Of a stretch of DNA of 54,205 bases, positions 37,616-46,415 are shown one piece after another (the first letter of the stretch is position 1; every line of letters starts with the position of its first letter). Origin of the DNA: Ilumatobacteraceae bacterium (GTDB lineage Bacteria; Actinomycetota; Acidimicrobiia; Acidimicrobiales; Ilumatobacteraceae); assembly GCA_040263235.1 (NCBI GenBank), contig JBDQKN010000001.1:1-54205 (forward strand). The letters are read 5' to 3'. The position numbers and the translations under genes were made by a program. The notes under the pieces were generated by a model, which saw only the letters and a program-made list of their open reading frames with translations, was not told the DNA's origin and ran no database searches.

Positions 37616-38467
37616 ATGCGTAATAGGTTCTGGCAGGTGAGCGAACTCGCAGAACGACTGGGACTCGGCGCTGATGGGCGGGCTCTGATCGTGTCCTGCG
37701 ATGACCTCGGGCTCTCGCACGGGTCGAACATCGGGGTGCTGAGCGCACTCCACGAGGGCGATGCGACATGTGCGTCAATCATGGTGCCAGCTCCGTGGGC
37801 CAGACATGCCGCAACCCTGACACATCCAGGCGATGACATCGGCGTTCACCTCACACTCAACGCCGAACACGCCATGTATCGCTGGGGACCGCTCACCCAT
37901 TCGCCATCCCTCCTGTCGGGAGATGGCGGGTTTCCAGCGACCATTGATGACCTGTGGGAACACGCTGACCCTGACGAGGTTCACCGAGAACTGCGCGCGC
38001 AGATCACACGAGCAACAGCCTGGGGCCTCGACGTCACTCACCTCGCTCCCCATCTGAGCGCCATCACGCTTCGCCCAGAGTTCTTCGATATCTATCTCGG
38101 ATTGGCGGTTGAGTTCGCACTCCCCATCCGGCTCCCGTCAACCGTGTCCGCCGCTGGAGCCGGATTTCCATTCCGGAAACTTGCCGCAGATGAGGGCGTC
38201 ATATTCCCCGATCACTTCGATCACGACTGGCGACCCGGATCGAGGCAGCGCGTGACTGAGGCGTTGGCGAATTTGCCCGCTGGTGTCACCGAGATACACC
38301 TACAGCCTGCGATAGATACCGAAGAAGTGAGAGCCCTCAGCGATGCAGCACCGGGGTGGATCGACGACCTCAACCTCCTCATGAGCGGTGAGATCACACA
38401 ATTAGCCACAGCAGCAGGCGTGACCGTGCTTGGCTATCGGCCACTCAGAGATCTGATGCGAGCTTGA
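37616..38467 (+). CDS. ChbG/HpnK (YdjC) family carbohydrate deacetylase
   Basis: LIVSCDDLGLSHGSNIGV and GVHLTLNAEH are YdjC-family motifs. Confidence 0.75.
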   Translation: MRNRFWQVSELAERLGLGADGRALIVSCDDLGLSHGSNIGVLSALHEGDATCASIMVPAPWARHAATLTHPGDDIGVHLTLNAEHAMYRWGPLTHSPSLLSGDGGFPATIDDLWEHADPDEVHRELRAQITRATAWGLDVTHLAPHLSAITLRPEFFDIYLGLAVEFALPIRLPSTVSAAGAGFPFRKLAADEGVIFPDHFDHDWRPGSRQRVTEALANLPAGVTEIHLQPAIDTEEVRALSDAAPGWIDDLNLLMSGEITQLATAAGVTVLGYRPLRDLMRA

Positions 38468-38687
38468 TCAACTCTGCCCGAGCAGAGCCATCTGACAGCA
38501 CGGTGAACAATATTCCGGTGTGGCCGGACGCCTTCAGGCGTCCCCGCATGTACTCAGCAGTTGGGTCGAAACCTTCGGCCCCTACCACGGCGATTGGCAC
38601 CGACACCACGAGAACTGCCCCATCGGGACCAGAGACTCGTTCGTCACCCTTGGCCACGACGACCCGATACTGAACCTCAGCGGACAT
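38445..38687 (-). CDS. small SCP2-like protein (80 aa), tentative
   Basis: Only the last 80 codons of ORF 38445..39167 lie outside mca. MSAEVQYRV...AEYMRGRLKASGHTGILFTVL resembles the SCP2 sterol-carrier C-terminal pattern (G-x-L-K-x-x-G). The ATG at 38687 overlaps the mca end by 11 nt. Confidence 0.4.
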   Translation of the reverse strand: MSAEVQYRVVVAKGDERVSGPDGAVLVVSVPIAVVGAEGFDPTAEYMRGRLKASGHTGILFTVLSDGSARAELIKLASDL

Positions 38688-39573
38688 CTGCGATCGCTGC
38701 CCAGGTCGTTCGCTCGAGGAGATCGGTCTCGTGCGAGGAAGGATCGGCATCACCGACACGAGAAGCGGCCAACACCCAGTCTTCGGTCGGATAGGTCCGG
38801 GCAAGTTCGTCCTCGTCGAGACCGAACCAGAAGAGTTCCTCTGGGTTGACTTGAGTCGCGTGGGCGCGAAGAGCGCCGGTTCGGGCCCACATGTAGTCGC
38901 GAACATCAACCCGGGTGGTGATGCGATCGTCCTGACCAGGCCGGTCGAACCAATGCTCTTCAAAAGGGGATCTCCCGTGCTTGTCGAGAAGAGCCTGATG
39001 CACAGCCAGCATGCGGTCTCGCGACCATACCGAGTAGTACAACTTCGAAATCTCGTGCGCCGCCCCCAGATCCTGGCGATGCGAGGGATCTGCTGCTCGG
39101 TCAAATGCAACAACCGAGATCTCGTGAACTCGGAGGTGGTCTGGATGCGGGTAGCCAGACTGCTCATCGGAGTACGTGATCAACACATCAGGGCGATGGA
39201 CACGGATAAGACGAACGAGCCGGTCAACCGCTTCATCGAGGTCCGCCATGTGAAAGCAATCTGGGTGTGAATTGGCGGGAGAATCAGCCATACCTGAGTC
39301 TCGGTATCCGAGCATCTCAATCGTGCCAAAACCTATGACGGCAGCCGATTCCGCCAATTCTCGGGGACGCACCGACGCTAAGAGATCGCGCTCCTGACCT
39401 TCATCGAGGCCGTGGAACGGTTGGCCTGGCTCTCGCAGAGATGGATTCTGCAGATCGCCCTCTTCGCCACCGGTGCAGCAAACCAACACGGTCCGGCACC
39501 CTTGCGCCGCATACCGGGCAAGCGTCGGGGCCCCCTTCGACGCCTCGTCATCGGGGTGCGCATGCACCGTCAT
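38677..39573 (-). CDS. mca: mycothiol S-conjugate amidase
   Basis: MTVHAHPDDEASKGAPTLARY, GYPHPDH, KLYY, ALRAHATQ and YPTEDWVLA closely follow Mca as I remember the M. tuberculosis protein. The upstream 125 codons of ORF 38677..39948 are R/S/P-rich and rejected. An alternative GTG start exists at 39615. Confidence 0.85.
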   Translation of the reverse strand: MTVHAHPDDEASKGAPTLARYAAQGCRTVLVCCTGGEEGDLQNPSLREPGQPFHGLDEGQERDLLASVRPRELAESAAVIGFGTIEMLGYRDSGMADSPANSHPDCFHMADLDEAVDRLVRLIRVHRPDVLITYSDEQSGYPHPDHLRVHEISVVAFDRAADPSHRQDLGAAHEISKLYYSVWSRDRMLAVHQALLDKHGRSPFEEHWFDRPGQDDRITTRVDVRDYMWARTGALRAHATQVNPEELFWFGLDEDELARTYPTEDWVLAASRVGDADPSSHETDLLERTTWAAIADVR

Positions 39574-39644
39574 GATGGTTGGGCTGTCGGCGGTCTCACG
39601 TGGGTGCCCGGTCACCTTCCCGAGGCTAGCGGTAGCCTGACAGG

Positions 39645-39788
39645 GTGCGCCGGACGCTGCCGTTGGGCCTTCTGCTGATTCTCTCTGGACTGGTCGTCGC
39701 GTGCGATACCGGCGATGGTCGGGAGATGAAGGTGCCCTCGGTCCCGTATGTCGCACCCACTGACCCGCCATCGACATCCGCCCCATGA
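39645..39788 (+). CDS. small predicted lipoprotein (47 aa), not in the ORF track
   Basis: Hand translation from GTG 39645 gives VRRTLPLGLLLILSGLVVACDTGDGREMKVPSVPYVAPTDPPSTSAP*. It has a positive n-region, a hydrophobic core and the lipobox LVVAC. By hand count 34 of 47 third positions are G/C. Its TGA overlaps the ATG of the DUF971 gene (ATGA 39785..39788). Confidence 0.35.
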   Translation: MRRTLPLGLLLILSGLVVACDTGDGREMKVPSVPYVAPTDPPSTSAP

Positions 39789-40090
39789 ACCACCCGAGCC
39801 TGACACCAGCACGGATCGAAGTGAGCCGCACCAGCGGTATCAGCGTCGAGTTTGAGGACGGGTCGACGGTGATGGCGTCAGCATCTCGACTCCGAGAGCA
39901 ATGCCCCTGCGCAGACTGCCGAGGAATACGAGAGCGCGGAGTGGTCATCGCCTCGGAAGCGATCTCGATAATCGATGCTGAACTTCATGGCGCGCTCGGT
40001 CTCGCACTGACGTGGAGCGATGGACATGGAACCGGCATCCACTCATGGGGCCTTATCCGTGAGCTTGGGGAGCCCAGCGCGCGCCAGTGA
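39785..40090 (+). CDS. DUF971 domain protein
   Basis: 101 aa; LREQCPCADCRG ... LTWSDGHGTGIHSWGLIRELG matches the DUF971 (gamma-butyrobetaine-hydroxylase N-terminal-like) pattern. Confidence 0.75.
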   Translation: MNHPSLTPARIEVSRTSGISVEFEDGSTVMASASRLREQCPCADCRGIRERGVVIASEAISIIDAELHGALGLALTWSDGHGTGIHSWGLIRELGEPSARQ

Positions 40091-40935
40091 GCACTCTTCC
40101 GCCTCCCCCACCACCGACGGCTGACGCGGTGCATTGCCGTCGCCACCCGACGCGGGCTGCCGGTCGGCGGTGCACCAGGTGCGGTTCACCCGCTTGTGCT
40201 GAATGTCTCAAGCCCGCCTCGGTCGGGAGTCTTTGCCCAGACTGCGTCGCCGCTGGTCGACCGGTGCTATCCGAACGCGCTCGCCACTGGCAAGCATCAC
40301 AGGCACTCCTTGTGACCAGGTTCTTGATCGGTATCAACGTTGGTCTCTTTGTTCTCATGGCACTTGCCGATCCGGGCGCACTCTCAGGCCGTACGACTGC
40401 GCTCCATATCGATCTCGGACTGAGTTCAGGGCTTGTTGGGGGTCCGGCTGATCTTGTGCGCCTCATGACAGCCGGATTCATCCACTTCGGACTCATCCAT
40501 CTCGGATTCAACATGTATCTCTTGAATCAACTGGGAGCACTTCTCGAACCAAGCCTCGGCCGTATTCGGTTCGCAATCGTCTACATCGTCAGCCTCCTCG
40601 GCGGATCCGCTGGGGCATTGCTGCTCCAACCGTCTGGACTGCACGGAGGGGCTTCGGGAGCGGTCTTTGGGCTCATGGGATTTGCAGCGATCGGTTATTG
40701 GCGTCAAGGGGTGAACCCCATGCGCACACCAATCGGCTCCCTGCTGATGCTGAATCTCTTCATCACATTCGTAGTTCCTGGAATCTCGGTGGGTGGCCAT
40801 CTCGGCGGGGCGGCATTGGGCGCAGCATCTGGATTCATCGCCACCGAGCGAAGTCTCCGAGGCCAGGCTGAATGGCTGCTCTTTGCGGTGCTGGCCTGTG
40901 GTGCAGTTGGGGTTGCTGGGGTGCTCACGCGCTGA
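40087..40935 (+). CDS. rhomboid family intramembrane serine protease with N-terminal zinc ribbon
   Basis: CRRHP...CTRCGSPACAECL...CPDC zinc ribbon. HFGLIHLGFNM, GASGAVFGLMG (catalytic Ser) and GGHLGGAALG (catalytic His). GTGA overlap with the DUF971 gene. Confidence 0.85.
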   Translation: MSTLPPPPPPTADAVHCRRHPTRAAGRRCTRCGSPACAECLKPASVGSLCPDCVAAGRPVLSERARHWQASQALLVTRFLIGINVGLFVLMALADPGALSGRTTALHIDLGLSSGLVGGPADLVRLMTAGFIHFGLIHLGFNMYLLNQLGALLEPSLGRIRFAIVYIVSLLGGSAGALLLQPSGLHGGASGAVFGLMGFAAIGYWRQGVNPMRTPIGSLLMLNLFITFVVPGISVGGHLGGAALGAASGFIATERSLRGQAEWLLFAVLACGAVGVAGVLTR

Positions 40936-40964
40936 CTGTCACACCCCTCGCCGATCATGGAGGC

Positions 40965-41132
40965 ATGGAGAATGACGGTGCAGACAACAGCAGGCAGTTG
41001 ACACTTCTTCCAGCCGAGCGGGTTCCCGAGTGTCTCCGGCTCGATGCCGATACCTGTCGACGTGGCCGATCGGAGATCGCTCGACTTCGAGCCGAACTGG
41101 AACGGCGCCGCCAACGACGCACGGCGGCGTGA
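40965..41132 (+). CDS. small hypothetical protein (55 aa), weak call
   Basis: MENDGADNSRQLTLLPAERVPECLRLDADTCRRGRSEIARLRAELERRRQRRTAA. It fits exactly between the rhomboid gene and the convergent LLM gene. No family recognised. Confidence 0.25.
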   Translation: MENDGADNSRQLTLLPAERVPECLRLDADTCRRGRSEIARLRAELERRRQRRTAA

Positions 41133-41133
41133 A

Positions 41134-42120
41134 CTACTGCTGCGGAGCGAGGCTGCGCATTGCCGTCCATTGGTCTAACTCCCGATCCAGAGGGAGCACC
41201 GCCAATGCTGCAGTCGTGACCCCGTTGGCGAAGTAGTCGTTGATCCGTGCCCGGCAGTGTTCCGCGCTGCCATGGATTACCAAGGCGTCTACTACCTCAT
41301 CGCTGATCTCGTTGAGTGCTTGCTTGCGGTCGCCCGCACGCCACGCCTCCCACATTCCTTCGAGTGCTGGGCCACGACCAAGCCACTCCTGGAAACGTGC
41401 ATACACAGGTACGTTCATGTAGGCAGCAATCGCATACCGAGCTGCTGCTCTTACAACCTCATGATTCTCGCTCGGACAGACGAAGATCCGAGCGACGACC
41501 TCCCGCTGCTCGCCGCCAGCAGCATCATCGACTACCGATACGACCTGAGAAACATCTTCAGGGGCTAGCCAATTGATGATGACCCCATCCCCCTCGCGTC
41601 CAGCGAGTCGCAGCATCTGCTCTCGTAATGCGGCCACCAGAATTGGCGGCGTCACCTCGGGGCGCACCCCAAGTCGGAAGCCATCTACTGAGAACGTGTC
41701 ATAGGCGGTAGCAACCTTCTCCCCAGTTAAGGCCTCCCTCAGAAATCTGACCGTGTCCCGCACCCGCCGATACGGCTGGTCGAACGGAATACCGTTCCAA
41801 CGTTCGACGATCACATTGCTCGACGACCCGATGCCGATGGCAAAACGTCCAGGCGCAGCATCGGCAAGGGACGCAACCGACTGTGCAAGACATGCAGGGC
41901 CACGCGTGTAGGCCGGGATGATTGCGGTACCGAGCCTCAGACGAGGTTCCCACGCCGCCGCCAAAGCGAGCGGGGTAAACCCATCTGCTCCGTCGGACTC
42001 AGCACTCCAGACATCGCTGAAGCCAAGATCTGCCAACTCAGATAAGCCAGCTTGATGCTGATGAAGCGGACCCGGAAGCGGGATCGTCATCCCGAGGCGA
42101 TGTTCTAGAGGGTTGGCCAT
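41134..42120 (-). CDS. LLM-class F420-dependent oxidoreductase
   Basis: Start taken at MANPLEHRLGMTIPL (42120). GFSDVWSAESDG, RLGTAIIPAYTRGP and RFAIGIGSSS are LLM-family features. Confidence 0.8.
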   Translation of the reverse strand: MANPLEHRLGMTIPLPGPLHQHQAGLSELADLGFSDVWSAESDGADGFTPLALAAAWEPRLRLGTAIIPAYTRGPACLAQSVASLADAAPGRFAIGIGSSSNVIVERWNGIPFDQPYRRVRDTVRFLREALTGEKVATAYDTFSVDGFRLGVRPEVTPPILVAALREQMLRLAGREGDGVIINWLAPEDVSQVVSVVDDAAGGEQREVVARIFVCPSENHEVVRAAARYAIAAYMNVPVYARFQEWLGRGPALEGMWEAWRAGDRKQALNEISDEVVDALVIHGSAEHCRARINDYFANGVTTAALAVLPLDRELDQWTAMRSLAPQQ

Positions 42121-42158
42121 GGGATCACCGTAGCCCCAGACCACCACCGGCCTCTCAC

Positions 42159-42172
42159 GTGACCGAGGTCAC
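42159..42172. promoter_or_regulatory. inverted repeat GTGACC-GA-GGTCAC in a divergent promoter region
   Basis: Perfect 6-bp arms between the LLM gene (minus) and the acyl-CoA ligase gene (plus). Confidence 0.3.
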
Positions 42173-42207
42173 CCGCACCGACTAGATTTCATTCTGTGAG
42201 AGTTCCG

Positions 42208-43731
42208 ATGACCGTCAATGACTTCCTACGTCGAGCCGAACTGGTGTACCCGGACCGTGTGGCAATCGTCGACGAGCCTGACCAGCCTGCCTCGTCGTGG
42301 GGCACCATCGACTATCGAGAGATGGCCCGGCGGGCAAAGGCCATTGCCGCAGGGCTCGACCGACTGGGCATTGCCCAGGGCGAGCGAGTTGCAATGGTCT
42401 CCCACAACTCGGCTCGTCTGCTCACCGCCCTCTACGGCGTGTCGGGTTCCGGACGAATACTCGTTCCGGTGAACTTCCGACTCGTTGCCGAGGAAGTCTC
42501 GTACATCGTCGAACACTCCGGCGCGCGCGTACTCCTCATTGACCCGGAACTCACCGATGCAATGGCTCCGGTGTCATGCGAAATGAAGTGGATCATCGGC
42601 GATGAGTCCGACTCGGTCCTGATGGACTTTGATACCGAACCTCGGGTTTGGGAGCCTGACGAGGGAGCAACAGCGACGATCAACTACACCTCGGGTACCA
42701 CTGCTCGGCCCAAAGGCGTTCAGTTGACGCACCGAAATCTCTGGACGAATGCCGCCATTTTTGGCTGGCACATGGGTGTGAACGACCGCGATGTGTATCT
42801 CCACACACTGCCCCAATTCCACTGCAACGGCTGGGGAATGCTCTACGCCGTAACAGGCATGGGTGGACGTCATGTGATCCAGCGAAAGATCGACGGTCCC
42901 CAAATTCTTCAGCGCGTCCAGCACGAGGGTGTCACGTTGATGTGTGCTGCTCCAGCCGTGTTGAACATGGTTCTCGATGCTGCCGCCGACTGGAACGGAC
43001 CGATCCCAGGTTCAGGAACGACCCGAATCGTCGTTGCAGGGGCGCCACCGCCTACCCGGACTATCGAGCGTTGCGAAACCGAGCTCGGCTGGGAGTTCTG
43101 TCAGATCTACGGGCTGACCGAAACGGCTCCGTTGCTGACCATCAACCGGAACCGCCAAGAATGGGACGACCTCGACTCAGCCGAGCGTGCCACGATGCTC
43201 AATCGCGCTGGAGCGCCGGTCGTTGGATGCACCATGGACATCAGCCCCGATGGCGAGGTGCTCGCTGCGGGCAACATGATCATGGAGGGCTATTGGGAGC
43301 AGCCCGAAGCCACCTCGGCAGCAATTCACGACGGGTTCTTCCACACAGGTGACGGTGGGCTGATCGACGACGCGAATTACGTGACGATCTCCGACCGAAA
43401 GAAGGATGTCATCATCTCTGGGGGCGAAAACGTCTCGTCAATTGAGGTGGAGGATGCGATCTTCCAGCACCCTGAGGTGACCGAGGTGGCGGTGATTGGG
43501 ATCCCCGATGAGAAGTGGGGCGAACTGGTCACAGCGCTCGTCGTCACGAGCCCCGGCTCTGCGCTCACCGAAGCAGAGGTCATCGCATGGACAAAGCAGA
43601 AGTTGGCCGGCTACAAGTGCCCCAAGCGAGTCGAGTTCAGAACCGAGTTGGCGCGAACGGCAACCGGCAAGCTTCAGAAGTTCAAGCTGCGCGAGCCGTT
43701 CTGGTCTGGGCACGAACGACTCGTCAACTGA
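42208..43731 (+). CDS. AMP-dependent acyl-CoA synthetase/ligase
   Basis: Start taken at MTVNDFLRRAE. INYTSGTTARPKGV, YGLTET, GDGG, ISGGENVSSIEVE, GKLQKF. Confidence 0.85.
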   Translation: MTVNDFLRRAELVYPDRVAIVDEPDQPASSWGTIDYREMARRAKAIAAGLDRLGIAQGERVAMVSHNSARLLTALYGVSGSGRILVPVNFRLVAEEVSYIVEHSGARVLLIDPELTDAMAPVSCEMKWIIGDESDSVLMDFDTEPRVWEPDEGATATINYTSGTTARPKGVQLTHRNLWTNAAIFGWHMGVNDRDVYLHTLPQFHCNGWGMLYAVTGMGGRHVIQRKIDGPQILQRVQHEGVTLMCAAPAVLNMVLDAAADWNGPIPGSGTTRIVVAGAPPPTRTIERCETELGWEFCQIYGLTETAPLLTINRNRQEWDDLDSAERATMLNRAGAPVVGCTMDISPDGEVLAAGNMIMEGYWEQPEATSAAIHDGFFHTGDGGLIDDANYVTISDRKKDVIISGGENVSSIEVEDAIFQHPEVTEVAVIGIPDEKWGELVTALVVTSPGSALTEAEVIAWTKQKLAGYKCPKRVEFRTELARTATGKLQKFKLREPFWSGHERLVN

Positions 43732-43732
43732 T

Positions 43733-44659
43733 TCACCCGGCCAGAACTGCTCGGGCAACCAGATCTGTGCCGAATGCGCTGAGAATGGCGAGGTAGAGCA
43801 GGCCCGTCGCTGCCATCACGGCCGAGTATTGCTTTTCGGCGAGTGCCGCAACGGTGACGCGAACCAGCACGATGGTGGTGATTGCACATGCGACCCAGAA
43901 CCACCCGAGGGTGCCGTTCCAGCCGTCATCAATCGTCCCGTTCAACACGCTGACCATTCCCGTCGGCACGAGAAGCACCCCTACCTCGAGCGGCCAGGTC
44001 ACACCCACAATTCGAACCAATTCGTTGAGATGCCGTCGTGGAAGTCCCGGTTGGACCAGATACCAATGACCGAGGAGCATGGCATCGGTGATCGCCCCCA
44101 GGAACACTGCTCCAACGAGGACTCGAGCAACCGAGAGCATGGTGTCCAAACCACCCTCGGCGGCAGCCATACCCGCTGCAACCAACCCGAACGAACCGAC
44201 AATCACCGGGATGAGATCAAGTCGAGGATCAAATTCGCTCATGCCGTCCTGATCGGGTTCGATCTCAACAAGGTCAACTCGACGATCGATTCCCGTCATC
44301 TCTCGAACCCGAGCGCTACGCCGGTCGTGCTCTGTGGAGGAACCGCGCACACCGACGCGCCGCCTATGGATTGAGGAGCCGAGGGCTACCGCAGTAGCGC
44401 AAATTACCGCTGCGCAGGCAACCTCTCTCACCGGCACCGAGCCATACCGGAGCCCTACGATGAGTGCTCCGACTGCCATCAGCCCGTAGGTGATTCGAAG
44501 CATCCAGCCGTAGCCGAGTCCGACCTCACGACGACGGGTCGTCACCCACCCAATGAAAAGGCCGCCGACCGCCCACTGGAGAAGAACGGTCGCTGCGTCA
44601 AGGTCGATGACAGCAGCAATCACGCACGGGAGGGTACCGGCGTAGCCTGAGTGACGCAT
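43733..44659 (-). CDS. polytopic membrane protein of unknown function
   Basis: ORF 43733..44860. The first 67 codons overlap the better-supported divergent lipoprotein gene, so the start is placed at MRHSGYAG (44659). Two blocks of TM helices are separated by a charged loop. Confidence 0.55.
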   Translation of the reverse strand: MRHSGYAGTLPCVIAAVIDLDAATVLLQWAVGGLFIGWVTTRRREVGLGYGWMLRITYGLMAVGALIVGLRYGSVPVREVACAAVICATAVALGSSIHRRRVGVRGSSTEHDRRSARVREMTGIDRRVDLVEIEPDQDGMSEFDPRLDLIPVIVGSFGLVAAGMAAAEGGLDTMLSVARVLVGAVFLGAITDAMLLGHWYLVQPGLPRRHLNELVRIVGVTWPLEVGVLLVPTGMVSVLNGTIDDGWNGTLGWFWVACAITTIVLVRVTVAALAEKQYSAVMAATGLLYLAILSAFGTDLVARAVLAG

Positions 44660-45296
44660 GAACCACAAGAGACTCCGAGCGCCGAGGGCCATTGCAGCCA
44701 TGCTCCTCGGATCGTTGATCAGCGTGGCTTGTGCCACCGGACCGCGACCAACACTCGTGGATACTCCCGTCGTCGAGGATCCTGCAATCTCGACCGTCAT
44801 CGAGTCGCTCGAGGCCGCGGAATCTGCTGAATTCACGGCGGAGTACCGAATCACCGTCAACTACGGCGGGCTGGTCACCGAGGCCTCAGTCAGCCAGGAG
44901 GATGGGCGCCGTTCGGTCACCATTGGCGAGATCAGATTCATCTCAGATGAGTTCGGTCAACGGACCTGTGACATCGCCACGGGAGCCTGTCAGTCTGGAC
45001 TCGACGACACCCGGATCAGCGACATTCAGATCACGCATCAGTTCTGGTCACGCGCCATGGTCAATCGACTTCGTACCGATGCCGACCGCAACATCGCACC
45101 GGCTCGTGCTAGCCAGGCAACACAGGCCGGCGAACCAGCAGTCTGCGCAGTAGTGCCAGTGGCTGGAGGCGAGAAGAGTTACTGCGCGCTGACAGCGGGC
45201 CCATTGAGTCTCTACGCCGGACCTGATGTTCTGGTGGAACTCATCAACTGGCGACCGACATCTGACCCCGCACTATTCGGGGCTGTAGGCGCCTGA
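44658..45296 (+). CDS. predicted lipoprotein of unknown function
   Basis: MNHKRLRAPRAIAAMLLGSLISVAC: basic n-region, hydrophobic core and lipobox ISVAC. Confidence 0.6.
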   Translation: MNHKRLRAPRAIAAMLLGSLISVACATGPRPTLVDTPVVEDPAISTVIESLEAAESAEFTAEYRITVNYGGLVTEASVSQEDGRRSVTIGEIRFISDEFGQRTCDIATGACQSGLDDTRISDIQITHQFWSRAMVNRLRTDADRNIAPARASQATQAGEPAVCAVVPVAGGEKSYCALTAGPLSLYAGPDVLVELINWRPTSDPALFGAVGA

Positions 45297-46415
45297 TTAG
45301 GCGCTAACGCTGACCAGTTCCCGGGAGGCCTCGTTCAGGCGGACCGGCCCGTCAGGCGTGGCCACAACAATGTCTTCGAGACGCATCCCCCATCGACCCG
45401 GGATGTAGATGCCTGGTTCGACGCTGTACGCGTGTCCAGCCACAAGAGGCACCGTTGAGCCCTCGACCATGTACGGGTCCTCGTGCTCCTCCATACCAAT
45501 GCCATGGCCGGTGCGATGGACGAAATAGTCGCCGAATCCATCATTGACAAGCACCGACCTCGCTGCCCGATCAACCTCAGAACACAGGGCGCCCACAACA
45601 CCAGCTCTCACGCCGGCCTCCTGCGCCCGTTGAAGCGATTCCCAGGCGGCGGCGAGATCGGAATCCACCGTTCCGGTCACTACACACCGGGTGATGTCCG
45701 AGCAGTAGCCGTCCATCGTGCCCCCGAAATCGCATAACACGATCTCATTCGGCTCGATTACCCGACTCCCCGGATGATGGTGAGGACTTGCAGCATTTGG
45801 ACCCGCAGCCACAATCGCGAAATTCACCCGTGAATGTCCTTCAGCCACGATCAAGGAGGACAGTTCGGCAGAGACCTCGGCCTCGGTGCGCCCGATGAGC
45901 GGGATCGCCCCCGACTGCAGGCGGTAGGCGATGCGGTCGACTGCCTGGGCGGCCGCCCGAAGGGCATCGATCTCCGCCGGTCCTTTCACCATCCGTGCAG
46001 GCCCAACCACTTCAGTCGATCGGCGCCATTCCACGCCCGGGAGTCGCTGGACAAGGCCGACGAGGAATCGAGACCACATCTGATCTCCGACCGCGATCCG
46101 CCCTGCCCCAACACATTCATCTGCAACTAGATCAAGCGGCTCGACGGTTTCGCCCCAGGGCACGATCTCAAATATCTCAGCGTGGGGCGTTACACGCGGT
46201 GCTTCCAACTCAGGCACGAACAGCCGAAGTGGTCCCGACATCGGAACGACCAGCATGGTGAGTCGTTCAAGCGGCATCGCTTCGTAGCCCACCAGGTACG
46301 GAAGGTCACGGCCCACTGATACGAGGAGAAGATCGATTGAGTTGCTCGCCATGCACTCACGCACTGCGTTGATACGCCGTTGGTACTCCGCTTCGAGGGC
46401 CATGGACATAGTCAA
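45297..46415 (-). CDS. M24 family metallopeptidase (Xaa-Pro aminopeptidase/dipeptidase)
   Basis: CDFGG...DGYCSDITR, HRTGHGIGMEEHE and SVEPGIY...G.RLED are pita-bread-fold metal ligand motifs. Confidence 0.85.
   Translation of the reverse strand: MTMSMALEAEYQRRINAVRECMASNSIDLLLVSVGRDLPYLVGYEAMPLERLTMLVVPMSGPLRLFVPELEAPRVTPHAEIFEIVPWGETVEPLDLVADECVGAGRIAVGDQMWSRFLVGLVQRLPGVEWRRSTEVVGPARMVKGPAEIDALRAAAQAVDRIAYRLQSGAIPLIGRTEAEVSAELSSLIVAEGHSRVNFAIVAAGPNAASPHHHPGSRVIEPNEIVLCDFGGTMDGYCSDITRCVVTGTVDSDLAAAWESLQRAQEAGVRAGVVGALCSEVDRAARSVLVNDGFGDYFVHRTGHGIGMEEHEDPYMVEGSTVPLVAGHAYSVEPGIYIPGRWGMRLEDIVVATPDGPVRLNEASRELVSVSA

Noticed and set aside
38688-39167. Upstream 160 codons of ORF 38445..39167
   Set aside because: They are an out-of-frame shadow entirely inside mca. 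Only the terminal 80 codons are kept, as a tentative gene.
39574-39948. 125-codon N-terminal extension of mca in ORF 38677..39948
   Set aside because: The extension is R/S/P-rich. Mca homologues begin a few residues before the AHPDDE motif, and the extension would cover the divergent lipoprotein/DUF971 operon start.
43496-44374. 292-aa plus-strand ORF
   Set aside because: It is a shadow of the membrane-protein gene on the minus strand and of the end of the ligase gene. It is S/R/P/H-rich and non-protein-like.
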